A DNA stretch of 63,076 bases, counting the filler, from Octopus bimaculoides (Eukaryota), in the NCBI RefSeq assembly GCF_001194135.2. It is 6 parts of 6 records of this genome, joined end to end, with 100 filler letters (N's around TTAATTAATTAA, not from the genome) between each part and the next. Parts side by side here need not be neighbours in the genome. Positions count along the whole stretch, not along the records: positions 38,500 to 44,954 come from NC_069007.1; positions 45,055 to 56,591 come from NC_068987.1; 4 more parts are not named here. The stretch is one strand, 5' to 3'. Positions within the stretch are counted from its first letter, which is position 1. Each line of letters starts with the position of its first letter. A program made the translations under genes and the position numbers. Shown here in pieces: positions 39,117 to 50,472 of this stretch. Below the pieces are notes generated by a model. The model had not been told where the DNA came from. It made no database searches and saw only the letters and a program-made list of their open reading frames with translations.

Positions 39117-39784
39117 NNNNNNNNNNNNNNNNNNNNNNNNNNNNNNNNNNNNNNNNNNNNNNNNNNNNNNNNNNNNNNNNNNNNNNNNNNNNNNNNNNNN
39201 NNNNNNNNNNNNNNNNNNNNNNNNNNNNNNNNNNNNNNNNNNNNNNNNNNNNNNNNNNNNNNNNNNNNNNNNNNNNNNNNNNNNNNNNNNNNNNNNNNNN
39301 NNNNNNNNNNNNNNNNNNNNNNNNNNNNNNNNNNNNNNNNNNNNNNNNNNNNNNNNNNNNNNNNNNNNNNNNNNNNNNNNNNNNNNNNNNNNNNNNNNNN
39401 NNNNNNNNNNNNNNNNNNNNNNNNNNNNNNNNNNNNNNNNNNNNNNNNNNNNNNNNNNNNNNNNNNNNNNNNNAATATACATATGCATATAACTTCTTAT
39501 AAGTACATACATACATATATATATATATATGCATACAACTCTGTAGCTATTCTTGTCTTTTTAACTGCAAGACCTTTACAAATAAAATACAGAAAATAGA
39601 TTTCTCCTGACGATATACAGATTTAATCTAGTACGATTGTTATTAACCTGAAATTTCAGAATCTTACCTCCACATAATGCATCGCTTGTATTTACATTAT
39701 TTTCATGGCTGAAACAATTAAGGTAACATTTATAATATTTCAAAAGGAAAACACAGGAAAAATTCACATATTTTTCAAAAGATG

Positions 39785-40256
39785 TGCAATATGCTGGTGG
39801 TATGCTTTCCAAACACCTGGTTTTCGGTTCAATTCTGCTAAGAGGCATCTTAGTTCCATGTCTATCTCTATAGGCTCGGGCCAATAAAAACATTGTCCCT
39901 TTGCTGGATTCTGTCCTTTCGCTAGAAAATGGTTCTCTCTATATATGCCTGAATGAACGAGTGAATATAAGTATGCGTGTATATGTGTGCGTATATGCAC
40001 GTGTGTGCACGTGTGTAAGAATGTGTATAAATATATATATAGATATATGTGTGTGCATGTACGTGTGTATGTATGTGTCTGATTGAGTGTGTGTGTATTT
40101 TCTTGTATCACCCATGCTTGTCAACCGCTTTTGGTTTCTGTACCTTCCCATCAAATATCGATTTAACCAAAGCGATCAAATGAAAGAGCCCCAATCGAAA
40201 CAAATTTAAAAGAGAGTTCTAGCATGGTCGCTGGTCAATGACTGAAACAGGAAAAG
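39785..40256 (+). mobile_element. Old full-length SINE family A copy with internal GT/TA tract
   Basis: Diverged head (39785-39900), internal microsatellite, body and tail AGCATGGTCGC.GGTCAATGACTGAAACAGGAAAAG. Confidence 0.55.
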
Positions 40257-40290
40257 CTATGCAATGGGTTGTTTAACAGAAATATTACTA

Positions 40291-40470
40291 AGACGGCGAG
40301 GTAGCAAAATTGTTAGCCATATGGAGGAAATGCTTAGCTGCATTTTCGCCGGTCGTTATATTCTGACTTCAAATTCCACCGAGGTCGAGTTTACCTCTCA
40401 TCCTTTCGGGTTCGATAAATTAAGTACCACTTGAGTACTGGAGTCGATCCCGTGCCTATAGTAGAAAGGA
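40291..40470 (+). mobile_element. SINE family B
   Basis: Matches the family B consensus (TTCAAATTCCACCGAGGTCGA..TCATCCTTTCGGG.TCGATAAATTAAGTACC). Confidence 0.85.
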
Positions 40471-40900
40471 TTATTATCACCATTATTATCAGTAGTAGTA
40501 GTAGTAGTAGTAGTGGTAGTAGTATTATCATTTCTTTTACCATGACTTGCGATCCCGGTACATTTATTCAGTATCCAGCATCGGGGGAATGTAAACTGAG
40601 TCAGAGACGATGTTTCGCCGGACGTTTCTGGTCACAAGAAAAGCGGATATCTTTAGAAATAAGATGCTTGGCCGTATACTTAGCTCGTTCATGTTTGTTG
40701 GTAACTTGTTCGGAATCTAGCCAAGGATACCAATTACAATTGGCAAAGATGTAATTTGTGTTTTCCGCATTCTTAAAATTTCAAATTAATGCAGCGAATA
40801 ATTATCAACGACCTCCTACTCGTTCACCATTATTATTAACGTTGTTGTTGTTGTTGTGGTTGCTGTGCTTTTTATTATTATTATTATCTTTATTATTGAC

Positions 40901-41130
40901 GACGCATAGCCTGCTGGTTACGGTATCGTAATCACGATCGCGAGATTGTGGTTTCAATTCCTGGGAAAGATTTGTGCGTTGGGTTCTTGAGCCAAAACAC
41001 TTCATCTTACGTTACTCTGCGATCATTCCAGCGTCTGACGCGTAGTACAGCGTGCACCTGTTCAGAAAACATCGATCTGATTACAGGTTGTTCGGAAAAT
41101 GCTGAACACGCACACGTCGTCTTGACGGGA
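40901..41130 (+). mobile_element. tRNA-derived SINE, family D
   Basis: Box A/B-like GCATAGCCTGCTGGTTA and GGTTTCAATTCC followed by TTCTTGAGC.AAAACACTTCATCT (CORE-like block). Confidence 0.55.
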
Positions 41131-41348
41131 GACCACATTGTTATAATTATTATTATAAATATTATGTTGCTTTTTGTCTTCTTTCTTCAAATTTTCTTCC
41201 ATTTCTCGCCGAGTGTTTTCCGTACAGTACAACGTATTTCGTTTGACCCTACATAACGTCTGACCCTACCTTGCACCCTTTCCGTAAATTCAATGCCGCC
41301 TTTTAATTTTGTTTTTCCTTGTATTACTAAATATTGATTTCTGCTATA

Positions 41349-41793
41349 GGCACAGAGCCAGGAATGTCGGGGCACCGGAGGACTTGTCGATTACATCTAG
41401 CTCAGTGTTCAACTGGTTCTTGTTTTATCGAGACCGTAAGAATGAAAAGCAAAGTCAACGACGGCTGGATTTGAATTCAGGATATAAAGATGGACGAAAT
41501 GCTGATAAGCATTTTGCCCGGCGTGCTCATGATTCTGCCAGCTCATCGCATTTGCATTACCAAATATTCATTTCAAATTTTAGCATGAGAGCAGTAATCT
41601 CGAGGGAAGAATTAAGTCGACTACATCGATCCTCGGGGTTCAACTCGTACTTATTTTATCGACCCCGAAATGACAAAAGGAAAAGTTGACTTCTGTGGAA
41701 TTTGATCACAGGTCATAATCATGGATGCCGATACGCATTCTGTCCGGCGTACTAAATATTCTGCCAGCTCACTACATCTGCATTACCAAATAT
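41349..41793 (-). mobile_element. Two tandem SINE family B copies sharing the same flank
   Basis: Copies at 41349-41549 and 41610-41775, each followed by CAT(T/C)TGCATTACCAAATAT (41549 and 41775; 226-bp period). Confidence 0.8.
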
Positions 41794-42119
41794 AAACCCC
41801 CATTTCACGATTCTGATTTTGAGGATAATTAGTGGCTATATCTAGGAGACTATATGCCAATTAAATGCCGTGGTATTGGTTCATTGGATTTATAAACAGT
41901 TGCTACAATATTCTCAATATTCTCATAGCCAGCCTCAATACGATTCCTAATAGCAAAATAGCATCCATTCTTTAAATGTATTTTAAAAAAAATCCTTCTA
42001 AAAATTATTTAGAAAATGAATGCATTTTAAAATTATAAAAACATATTTTCATTTCTTTATTAATTCCTGTTTTTTTTTATTATTTTGTTGCAGTTGCTGC
42101 CGTTGTTTTTGTTGCTGTT

Positions 42120-42227
42120 ATTGTTGTTGTTGTTGTTGCTCTTCTTCTTCTTCTTCTTCTTCTTCTTCTTCTTCTTCTTCTTCTTCTTCTTCTTCTTCTT
42201 CTTCTTCTTCTTCTTCTTCTTCTTCTT

Positions 42228-42296
<69 letters not shown>

Positions 42297-42315
42297 GTTG
42301 TTGTTGCTATTATTA

Positions 42316-42372
<57 letters not shown>

Positions 42373-42446
42373 GCGATATTATTAGTTGTTATTATGACTG
42401 TTGTTGATATTGTTATTATTAATTTTTACAATCATCGTCATCATCG

Positions 42447-42525
<79 letters not shown>

Positions 42526-42621
42526 CATTGATGTTGTTGTTGTTACTGTGGGAAGGAGCAACTATTATTATCAGTATCATCATAATCATCATTATTATTA
42601 CTATCATCATTATTATTATTA

Positions 42622-42679
<58 letters not shown>

Positions 42680-42690
42680 GATTGGAAGAA
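42120..42690. repeat. Compound (GTT)n(CTT)n(ATT)n microsatellite block
   Basis: Direct reading; source of the poly-S/F/L/Y/R ORFs. Confidence 0.95.
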
Positions 42691-42904
42691 CAATGCAGTG
42701 ATTGTACAACACATTTGATTTTTCAATGCACAGTAATTAAAGCTAGGGCAAGACTACACAATCAACTGTAGAAATCTTAATAATTAATACAAGCCGGGTT
42801 AATACTGAAGAGATTTCACCTATTACTGTGTTTTAATATTGTACGAACAGTTGGAAATAATTTAGTGCTTTTCACAATATTCTCCAAAATAATGAGTAGC
42901 TTTA

Positions 42905-43260
42905 CGAGGTCTGAACAAAACGTATCGGGTCTGTTGCTATGGTAACAGAGCTAAAGTAAGCAAAGTGACGCTGATTCTCAAAGACTGACCTTGAACTCTC
43001 TCATGGATGCACACTAAGTTATAACATTCTTGCTCACTTATGTTGCTTCTAGCAATGCTTGAAGTAAAGTATATAGAATGTGGTCGTCTCAAGAAAGAAG
43101 ATCAGGTTTGAGCTGTGTAGGATCTCATTGATTGTGTTAACAAAGACGAATATTTTGAAAACTGTCATGAGAGATGACGAATCGTTTGTGTGTGGCTATG
43201 ACCCCGAAACGAAGGCTCAATCTTTGCAGAGGAAGGCCCTGAACAATATTACAAGACCCT
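42905..43260 (+). mobile_element. Mariner relic (5' TIR plus catalytic-domain fragment)
   Basis: TA followed by CGAGGTCTG terminus; LKTVMRDDESFVCGYDPETKAQS resembles the mariner TGDETWVYGYDPETKxQS motif. Confidence 0.75.
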
Positions 43261-43350
43261 CAGCAAGAATACGGCGAAGCAGCTGCTCCCTATCCACACC
43301 CAAATTTCCAGGAATGCTGAAACAAGAATTTTCTAAATATGATAAATAAT

Positions 43351-43565
43351 TCTTTCTACTACAGGCACAGGGCCAGAAATTTTGAAGTAGGGGACTAGTC
43401 GATTAAATCGACCCCAATGTTTTACTGGTTCTTATTTTACAGACACCGAAAGGATGAAAGGCAAAAGTCGACCTCGGCGAAATTTGAACTCAGAACGTAG
43501 CGACGAGCGAAGTAACGCCAAGCATTTCGTCCAGCGGGCTAACGATTTTGCTAGCTTGCCGCCTT
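43351..43565 (-). mobile_element. SINE family B
   Basis: Reverse complement of the family B consensus. Confidence 0.9.
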
Positions 43566-43680
43566 TGAAAACTGTAAATGATTAGGATGAGGATGAAGGG
43601 GAGGCGGAGGAAAGGAAAAAGCAGGTGGACAAGATGAAAAGGTTGTAGAACCAGATGAATGAGGAGGAGGAGAATATCAA

Positions 43681-43732
<52 letters not shown>

Positions 43733-43740
43733 GTGATGGA

Positions 43741-43789
<49 letters not shown>

Positions 43790-43848
43790 GTGATGGAGAT
43801 GATGATGATGGTGATGATGATGATGATGATGATGATGATGGTGATGGA

Positions 43849-43887
<39 letters not shown>

Positions 43888-43895
43888 GGTGATGA
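43681..43895. repeat. (GAT)n microsatellite with GGT/GGA interruptions
   Basis: Direct reading; source of the poly-Met ORF. Confidence 0.95.
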
Positions 43896-44265
43896 TAGAA
43901 GAGGTGTTAGTGATGGTGATAAAGGACGAGGAGAATTAGTAGCAGCAGAACAATAAAACCAGAAGAAACCTGTGAGAAGAAGGGGGGAAAAAAAGGGCCA
44001 GACGGAACAGGCGTTGGTGACGGCAATGATGATCGAGATCATGATGATGATGATGATGATGACGATAGCGGTGACGATGATGATTACGATGATAATGAAA
44101 GTATAATTTTCTTAACATGATTAATAGGTCTTCGTTACATAAAATATATTAATTAGAATTAATTAACTGGTAAAGGTGACAACAGTATTAGTCAATGACT
44201 AATATTATTTTAATCTTCTGTTATTTATTATTCGTATTATTAATGTTATAATGATTATAATCATC

Positions 44266-44334
<69 letters not shown>

Positions 44335-44837
44335 ATTGTTATTATTCACTTGGCAAGACCAGGAGACAACTTCGAACAACTTCAGAATGTAATCTGATAT
44401 TATCAACGAATGAATGCTTCCAATGTTCTTGTTAGATGATAACTACATACAACTCATAGTCAAAAGTGTAAAGCAATGATCAAAATGTGTTGTTCATTGG
44501 GAAGGTCATTATGTTATAAATATTATGCACACATACACAGGTTCCATTTCACTTCTTTATTATTTGTCAAGCGGTTAAATATTTAACCCGTAAAATTTGA
44601 GAAACAAAAAAAAGATAGTGTCAATCTTTCATATTTGTTAATGTCCTTCTATCATTATTTGCGGCTTTCTCATCGATATGCCGTTGGGTAGACACAGCTT
44701 ATCGTTTATCGACAAATTCATTTCTTTGACAAGCGAGCACCAGTTAAGAAATACACATTAACACCCACCGCGAAAGAAATGATGTAGCTTTAGGCCTAAT
44801 TGAAAATAATAACAAAAATAATGAGGTCGGAGGAGTA

Positions 44838-44930
44838 CTGGTGCTGCATTTAAATAAAGCATATTACTCTACCTCTGGTATTTGAGTACTCTTTTTTCCA
44901 CCTTGTTGCACATTCTATGTGCTTACTCCT
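44838..44930 (+). repeat. Second copy of the terminal-repeat tail seen at 38369-38399
   Basis: TTTAAATAAAGCATATTACTCTACCTCTGGTATTT is identical in both places. Confidence 0.75.
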
Positions 44931-45563
44931 GTATATATATATATATATATATATNNNNNNNNNNNNNNNNNNNNNNNNNNNNNNNNNNNNNNNNNNNNTT
45001 AATTAATTAANNNNNNNNNNNNNNNNNNNNNNNNNNNNNNNNNNNNNNNNNNNNATATATATGTGTGTATGTATGTATATACATACATATATGCATACAT
45101 CCATACATACTATGTACGTACGTACGTAAGAATTTATATGCATTTGAATTAATGAACGAGAGAAAAATGCTCAAAATGGAGTAGGGTTTATTCATTTATA
45201 CATTCGCGAATGTGTGCGTGGATACATATGTATATATGTGTGCGCGCGTGCGCTTGAATGCGTGTGTGTGTTTCTATGTATGGTATGTGTGTATTGGTAG
45301 ATAACGATTTCTAACGTTGTAATAAGATAACCAATGCTGAAAAGTATATGCAATCATATCGACTTCAATCTTTGAATCGCATTACATATTTTGATGACCC
45401 AAGAAAGATGAAAAGCAAATTTGACCACTGCTCAATTTGAACTTAGAATTCAAACACCTGTAAAAAAAATACTGATAAATACATTATGCCTATTGTTCTT
45501 CCGACTGGCAGTCATTGTCCTAAGGTGTATTAGAATACAGTTCTATACTTAAGAGTTGAGGAA

Positions 45564-45720
45564 TTATGTACATTATTTACATTTGACGGATATTTGTCCT
45601 CTTCTTTTTTTGATATTAACACAACGTTTCGGCTGATATACCTTCTAGCTTTCATTAGGTGCCTTGGGGAAATTTCGAACCTGGGTTCTCATTTCTAAGG
45701 TATTTTTCGATGTTATTATT
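45564..45720 (-). mobile_element. Hammerhead-bearing repeat unit, copy 1 (core mutated)
   Basis: Reverse-complement homologue of 46716-46871; core reads CTAATGA and helix II is disrupted. Confidence 0.8.
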
Positions 45721-45942
45721 ATTATTGTTCAGTAGTTTTATTTTTATAACGTGCTTTCACTTCACTACCGAGCGCAGCTCTGTGCGCCTTGGGTATGTGC
45801 TGTGGTTTGCTGTGGTGCTCTTATGTTTACTGTATTGAAAGTGTTTTGCGTAGAATGTGTGCAGTACCCAGTAGTGCAATTTTCTGTATGTTATATATAT
45901 TTGTAAGTCCTGGTGTTTTTGTTATGTATTTGTCTGAATATT
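45721..45942 (-). mobile_element. R4/Dong-like LINE 3' end
   Basis: EYSDKYITKTPGLTNIYNIQKIALLGTAHILRKTLSIQ*, then 3' UTR and an (AAT)n tail. Confidence 0.85.
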
Positions 45943-46626
45943 NNNNNNNNNNNNNNNNNNNNNNNNNNNNNNNNNNNNNNNNNNNNNNNNNNNNNNNNNN
46001 NNNNNNNNNNNNNNNNNNNNNNNNNNNNNNNNNNNNNNNNNNNNNNNNNNNNNNNNNNNNNNNNNNNNNNNNNNNNNNNNNNNNNNNNNNNNNNNNNNNN
46101 NNNNNNNNNNNNNNNNNNNNNNNNNNNNNNNNNNNNNNNNNNNNNNNNNNNNNNNNNNNNNNNNNNNNNNNNNNNNNNNNNNNNNNNNNNNNNNNNNNNN
46201 NNNNNNNNNNNNNNNNNNNNNNNNNNNNNNNNNNNNNNNNNNNNNNNNNNNNNNNNNNNNNNNNNNNNNNNNNNNNNNNNNNNNNNNNNNNNNNNNNNNN
46301 NNNNNNNNNNNNNNNNNNNNNNNNNNNNNNNNNNNNNNNNNNNNNNNNNNNNNNNNNNNNNNNNNNNNNNNNNNNNNNNNNNNNNNNNNNNNNNNNNNNN
46401 NNNNNNNNNNNNNNNNNNNNNNNNNNNNNNNNNNNNNNNNNNNNNNNNNNNNNNNNNNNNNNNNNNNNNNNNNNNNNNNNNNNNNNNNNNNNNNNNNNNN
46501 NNNNNNNNNNNNNNNNNNNNNNNNNNNNNNNNNNNNNNNNNNNNNNNNNNNNNNNNNNNNNNNNNNNNNNNNNNNNNNNNNNNNNNNNNNNNNNNNNNNN
46601 NNNNNNNNNNNNNNNNNNNNNNNNNN

Positions 46627-46686
<60 letters not shown>

Positions 46687-46715
46687 CATTTAGGTCATTG
46701 CTTTCGAATCGAACT

Positions 46716-46871
46716 AATAATAACATCGAAAAATACCTTAGGAATGAGAACCCAGGTTCGAAATTTCTCCAAGACACCTGATGAAGGCTGGAGGGTATAT
46801 CAGCCGAAACGTCGTGTTAATAACAAACAAGATGAGGACAAAAGTCCGTCAAATGTAAATAATGTAAATAA
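46716..46871 (+). mobile_element. Hammerhead-bearing repeat unit, copy 2
   Basis: About 156-bp unit homologous to 45564-45720, ending in tandem AATGTAAAT. Confidence 0.8.
46773..46818 (+). ncRNA. Minimal type I hammerhead ribozyme with intact core
   Basis: GACAC-CTGATGA-A-GGCTG-gagggtatat-CAGCC-GAAAC-GTC-GTGTT: helix I 5 bp, helix II 5 bp, palindromic ACGT helix III, GUC cleavage triplet at 46811-46813. Confidence 0.75.
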
Positions 46872-47003
46872 TGTGTAACAGAATATTTGAAATGTGTATA
46901 TTTTTATGAAAATGTTAGAATCGTTCTGTTTAAATTAAGTAACTTTGCTGATTTTTCCCCTTCTTCAAATCACTTGAATAGTTTTGCTGCTTATGAAGTG
47001 TGG

Positions 47004-47403
47004 TCATGGGTGTACGATTAAGAAGCTCGATTTGCAGCCTCGTAGTTTGGGGTTCAGATAGCGTGGCACCTTACGTAAGTGTCTTCTACTATTGCACGGG
47101 CTGAGTGGTGTCTTGTGAGTGAATTTGGTAGTCGAAAATTGTGTGGGAGCCCATCGTATATCTATCTGTCTATCTATCTATCTGTGTGGGGGGGGTTGTA
47201 TTTGTCCCACCAACACTGCTTGATAACCAAAGTTGGTGTGTTTACATTCCTGTAACTAGCAGTTCGGTAAAAAAAATAAAGACTAGTAGAATAGATGCAA
47301 GATTTAAAGCAAAAATAATAACTGGGGTTGACCTATTCGACCAAATCCTTCAAGATGGTGCCCCAGCAAGGCCACAGTCCAATGAATGGAACAAGAAAAA
47401 GAT
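47004..47403 (+). mobile_element. Old full-length SINE family A copy with internal (CTAT)n
   Basis: Head, internal tetranucleotide tract, body and tail are all alignable by eye. Confidence 0.75.
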
Positions 47404-48099
47404 AATTAACTGCATATTTGGTCTCACTTACCGTAAACTGACTGTGCATAAACAGCACCTATTTTGTGAGCGGAATATGAATGGGAATATTAGTGGAAAG
47501 AAGGCTTACGTAATATAGTAGGAAGCATGCAAATTGTCATATCTATACGTTGTTTGAAAGAATTATAACTGTATTTTAGATATTCGTATATTGAATAAAT
47601 AGTGACAGGTGTCACTTTCCTCAGTCCAGCACAGTACTTCTATATATTGTCAAAGTGAGCCTTCAAGTTGTCCACTGAATGGTATATTTATGTAAAAATT
47701 TAAATACGACAGACTTTACCAGTGTCAGGCATGAAGCTGATATAATCTATAGAAAATAGAAATAATCATTCGATATTAGATCCCTTCTTAGCAAAGTTAA
47801 GTGCATATATGGAGTGAAATATTGGCAGCAGCTGCATTCAAATCAATGAAGTCTATAATACCCAGACATCAATAAGTATTTTTAAAAGCTCTGCCCAATT
47901 CGTCTATAATACATTTGTATATAACTTTTGCTCTTCTATAATTCAATGAAATGAAAAATGACATGCAGTAGAATAGGATAGCTGGATTCTTTCCAATGTT
48001 ACGCTGCATTTTATCGGCTTCTGGTGGCTAAACAAAATCGGTGATACACTACTTTACAAAAGCAGTAGATTGTTACACATTAATTTCGTAGTTGTTTGA

Positions 48100-48610
48100 A
48101 TCAACCGTGGGATTGGTAAAGCCGCGGCCGTGTTTCAGAGAATGTGCACAATCTGATCCTTCAAAACTATCAGTTTACACATAAAGATCCGGCTCAATAA
48201 TAGCATAGTTTTGTCAACTGTTCTCTATGCTAGTGAGATATGGAATAACACCGCGAAAATAAACAGAAATCCCGTTGTTTTCCATCAAAGATGCTTGAGA
48301 AGGATTCTCAGAACGTACTGGCAAGATGAAGTAACCAATGAGACGATCTAACGACAGTCAACCAACACAGAACCACTTAGTGAAATCATCACGGGACGAA
48401 GATTGAAACTAGATCATATTTTTCGGTTAACAGAACAACACCATTCTAAAACAGCTTTCAGATGGACACCACCAGAGAGGAAAAGAGAGACAGACTGAAA
48501 ACTACATGGCGCAAAACATTCATAACCGACATGAGAAAGGCTAATATCACATAGATAAATGTAGAGAAAATGCAGCCACCAAAAGCCAGTGGCGTCGACT
48601 TGCTGTCCAG
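48100..48610 (+). mobile_element. RTE-clade LINE 3' end, decayed
   Basis: INRGIGKAAAVFQRM..KIRL.NSIVLSTVLYASEIW..FHQRCLRRILRTYWQDEVTNE..W.PPE.KR..TW....W. Confidence 0.85.
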
Positions 48611-48781
48611 GAGTAACTGACACAGATACTGATTGTTGAATCTTACACCATTCGTGACAGCTTTCTTCGTAACAATACGGTTAGAAAAGTTTCGTGGTTT
48701 TACATGCTCTTGTTTCTCTGTGGTTTTCTCTCTGTGGTTTTCTCTCTCTTTCTCTTTCTTTCCAGCTCACTCTCAGATACT

Positions 48782-48988
48782 GGTCTCAAATATTGGCGCA
48801 AGGCCAGTAATTTTGAGACAAGAGTACGTCGATTACATCAACCGGTACTTATTCTATCGACTCCGAAAGGGCGAAAGGGCGAAAGGCAAACGCGACCCCG
48901 GTGGCATTTGAACTCAGAACGTAAAGTCGGAAGAAATGCCGCTAAGCATTTTTCCAGCGCGGTAACAATATTCTGCCAGCTCGCTACC
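48782..48988 (-). mobile_element. SINE family B
   Basis: Reverse complement of the consensus, with a small internal CGAAAGGG duplication. Confidence 0.85.
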
Positions 48989-49438
48989 TTATCTCACTCA
49001 TCAATATTCGTTCTAAATCGAGAAGTCATGTGTGAGAAGATGAGGGAAGATTATGCTCAGAGCGGAGACTTGATCAGAATGCCTGCAGTCGCATGGGATT
49101 CTCTAGAGACTACACAAACTCAATGACTAATTAACACATATTCTTAAAAGTTAATTTGTAGATGGGACATGGAAAATACACAAGACTTTTCTAAAGTTGG
49201 CCAAGTTGATTTGTAAATATTACCTGAGGAGATTTGCATATTAATTAGAAACCAGGTTTTTCTTAATACGAAGAATTCAAAGAATTCAAAGGATACGCGT
49301 TTTATACACACACACATCACGGCTACCATCACAGCAGCAGCATACATACGCAAACGTATCACACGGCACACAGAGGTACAATACTATCCTCACTGTCACA
49401 TGAAAGTTACAGAATAACCAAATATAGCAAATGATGTA

Positions 49439-49744
49439 AAGACCCTCTTCAGTCATGAATGACCATGAGTTACCCTCCGAAGCACAAGTCTGGGTAAGGT
49501 TGTTTATGGAAGAATACCAGACGTCCATGCATACCGGCCTCCCCATTCTATGTCACCAATGTTACCCAAGGGAAGACAAAGGCTTGGCACCAATGACGTC
49601 GCAACTTATTTCTACAGCTGAGTGAATTGGAGCAACGTGAAATAAACTGTCTTGCTCAAAATCACAGCACAAAGCCCACTTAAGAAATAGAACTCACTAC
49701 CTCATGATTGTGAGCCGACGCTCTAACCACTGAGCCATGTCTCC
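49439..49744 (-). mobile_element. tRNA-derived SINE, family C
   Basis: Minus strand GGAGACATGGCTCAGTGGTTAGAGCGTCGG (box A), GAGTTCTATT (box B-like), TTGAGCAAGACA..TTTCACGTTGCTCCA..CACTCAGCTGTAGAAAT (CORE-like block). Confidence 0.8.
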
Positions 49745-49780
49745 TTCACTTAGCAAGTGATGCATCCAACTGATAAAACA

Positions 49781-49925
49781 GTGAATTGGCAGAACCGGTT
49801 GACCGTCCTTGCAGTAACTATTTCAGCTCTTTGCTTTTTGATTTCAAATACAACTGATGTTAACTTTCCGTTTCATCCTACTGAGATCGCCAAAATAAAG
49901 CACTAGTATCAATCTAGGGTTGTAG
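49781..49925 (+). mobile_element. Old SINE family B copy
   Basis: Diverged TTGGCAGAA..TTTCAAAT..TTTCATCCT..AAAATAAAGCAC. Confidence 0.55.
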
Positions 49926-50264
49926 TTCTTTCTCCACTTTCTTTCTCTCTCTCTCTATCTCTCTCTCTCTCTCTCTGTAAATACTAAATAGTGAATGGAT
50001 ATTTTGTCCAGCGCTCTACTGATACAGTAATCTACCGGCTTGGTTAAGCAATTAATATATTGTCAGCTATCAGCAGCAAGATAAATGAGTTGTACGAGAA
50101 TTAATAGTCGACATTAATATTTTTGTGAATGGCAGCATCTCAATAGAGATGCGATGAAAGTGCCAGTAGTAGTTGTAGTTAAATTCTATGTATCATTTTT
50201 TAGACATTCGGTACTCTAATTAATCCTGTGTGCTTTAAGTTTTGCTTACATTATTAATACTATA

Positions 50265-50427
50265 GGCGCAGGTGTGGCTGTGTGGTAAGAAGCTTGCTTC
50301 CCAACCACATGGTTCCGGGTTTAGATTCACTGCGTGGCATCTTGGGCAACTGTCTTCTACTATACCTGTGGGGAGACCAAAGCCTTGTGAGTAGATTTGA
50401 TAGACGGAAACTGAAAGAAGCCCTTCG

Positions 50428-50470
<43 letters not shown>
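50265..50470 (+). mobile_element. SINE family A head plus (GT)n
   Basis: Family A consensus. Confidence 0.9.

Positions 50471-50472
<2 letters not shown>

Noticed and set aside
39049-39530. Apparent direct repeat across the 39117-39473 gap (a similar case occurs at 21347 and 21788)
   Set aside because: Same contig-overlap artefact pattern.
40490-40754. TCDPGTF...ECK resembling a Cys-rich receptor repeat
   Set aside because: The further cysteines needed are missing and the ORF begins in a SINE and microsatellite.
49680-49744. tRNA-like sequence on the minus strand
   Set aside because: No complete cloverleaf and it continues into a SINE body; it is a SINE head, not a tRNA gene.
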